Assembly: GCA_964504585.1 (NCBI GenBank) | Contig: CAZDEW010000003.1 | Coordinates: forward strand, 13,960 to 77,959 | DNA length: 64,000 bases | Source: an uncultured Pseudomonadales bacterium | GTDB lineage: Bacteria > Pseudomonadota > Gammaproteobacteria > Pseudomonadales > UBA7434 | Direction of reading: 5' to 3' | Part shown: positions 62,987-64,000 of the stretch, piece after piece | Layout: the number at the start of each line of letters is the position of its first letter | Position numbering within the stretch: position 1 is the first letter of the stretch | Notes under the pieces: generated by a model | The model's database searches: none | What the model saw: the letters and a program-made list of their open reading frames with translations, nothing else | Told to the model about the DNA's origin: nothing | Translations under genes and position numbers: made by a program

Positions 62987-63517
62987 ATGATTAAAAAGCT
63001 ATTGTTCAAAGTTTGTTTCATGATGGCTGCACTGTTTGCGGTGTTGATGGTGATGCCTGGCCCTGGTGGCGAGCCCGTGATGTCGGTTGAGGACTTGCCT
63101 GGTTATGGTTTGGTTAAGGCGGCGTCAAATGCTGCAGATTATGCAGAGCAGGCGCTAGAGGCTCAAACGCCCGAGCAGCAAATCTATACCTGGGTTGATG
63201 AGAACGGGGCAGTTCACTACAGCCATCAGGCGGCCCCGGGCGCTACCGCTCATGAGATAAGCCAGTCCAACCCGCCGATACCTTCTGAGAAGTTTGTGGG
63301 CGAAATTGATTTCAAGAAGCGGAGTCAGGCGTCCTCCTCGGGGGGCGGCGTGTTCAAAACCGGCTCTTCTCGCGGTGTCGATCAGGGGCTGAGCGCTGAC
63401 GATTTTCAGGCACTGGCCGAGGGCGATCTCAGCAATGCCAGCAAGGTGCTCAAGGAGTTGCCGGCTTACTTGCAGGAGGCACATCAAAAGAGGGAGCAGG
63501 CTCTCAAGGACCTCTGA
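62987..63517 (+). CDS. DUF4124-domain secreted protein
   Basis: Signal peptide and an IYTWVDENGAVHYSHQ motif. Confidence 0.6.
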   Translation: MIKKLLFKVCFMMAALFAVLMVMPGPGGEPVMSVEDLPGYGLVKAASNAADYAEQALEAQTPEQQIYTWVDENGAVHYSHQAAPGATAHEISQSNPPIPSEKFVGEIDFKKRSQASSSGGGVFKTGSSRGVDQGLSADDFQALAEGDLSNASKVLKELPAYLQEAHQKREQALKDL

Positions 63518-63687
63518 ATCCAGAGGCGGCGAGGTGCGTTTGCGCTTCGTCTTGGCTCCGTAAGCCCCCCCAGCGGGGAAAAATGCCTAGTTTGAATTCT
63601 CGACAAATCCCGAGGCAGGTTATAGTCTGCCTGCCTTTGCCGCCCAATGCGGCGTCTCAATCAAGTTTTTCAGGTGGTTCTCAGGTG

Positions 63688-64000
63688 ATGGCACATACTA
63701 AGTCAAACAAAATGCTCGCAGCGATACTCGTTGGAGGTGCCATTCTTGCTGGTTGCCAGCAAGAAGCCGGGGTAGAGCGTGCATCTGAGGTGCCTCAGAC
63801 AGAGCTACAGAAAGAAAGTTACGCGGTTGGTAGAAACTTTGGTTTAAATATTAAGCAAGTGCAGGCTGAGATTGAGCTGGACAGTGCTTATTTCAATGCA
63901 GGCATGTTCGATGCGATTGAAGACGAGCAGCGTATGACCGATGAAGAGGTCGCTCAGACCTTACAGGCCTTGCAACAGAAAGCCATAGCGCAACAGCAGG
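63688..64000 (+). CDS. FKBP-type peptidyl-prolyl isomerase, FkpA/Mip-like (N-terminal part; runs off the window)
   Basis: Not in ORF track (open at edge). Hand translation gives MAHTKSNKMLAAILVGGAILAGCQQ... (lipobox), then ESYAVGRNFGLNIK...DSAYFNAGMFDAIED..., typical of the FKBP N-terminal dimerisation domain. Confidence 0.7.
   Translation, partial: MAHTKSNKMLAAILVGGAILAGCQQEAGVERASEVPQTELQKESYAVGRNFGLNIKQVQAEIELDSAYFNAGMFDAIEDEQRMTDEEVAQTLQALQQKAIAQQQ

Overview
This 64-kb window is a gammaproteobacterial chromosome segment spanning the replication origin, with gene order matching Pseudomonas and Cellvibrionales-like genomes. On the minus strand, yidC (partial), yidD, rnpA and rpmH run up to a 780-bp gap holding DnaA boxes and an AT-rich unwinding element (oriC). 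dnaA, dnaN, recF and gyrB follow on the plus strand. The rest is mostly core housekeeping in conserved blocks: glyQS, trkHA-rsmB-fmt-def, LysM(TsaP-like)-dprA-tsaC-hemF-aroE, yaaA-yqgE-ruvX, pilTU, yggS-proC-yggT, oxyR, ubiA, HU-cmoM-mazG-folA, uvrD, hsp20 and slyX. I found no rRNA, tRNA, CRISPR array, IS element, integrase, prophage or recognisable defence, toxin or secretion island, and cannot honestly name a new multi-gene system here. The unusual signals are at the DNA and RNA level. (1) A TRAP large-permease gene (dctM) is split by a module built entirely from its own sequence: a 28-bp-arm perfect palindrome plus a 37-bp direct duplication, with the missing joining peptide encoded on the wrong strand. 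(2) The hsp20 3' UTR / slyX leader carries four to five tandem 15-nt A/C-rich (ARN / AAnAAnAA-type) repeats ending in a strong terminator, which makes it a candidate Hfq/Crc-binding RNA element. (3) A DUF1295 gene is frameshifted at a T7 run. (4) Several intergenic short tandem-repeat arrays and a (CG)6 tract sit in the likely gyrB promoter spacer. (5) Several genes lack their usual partners: an AS3MT-like arsM, a PhnZ-like HD protein, and dispersed TRAP components. Family assignments come from reading the translations and from synteny. No database search was run.
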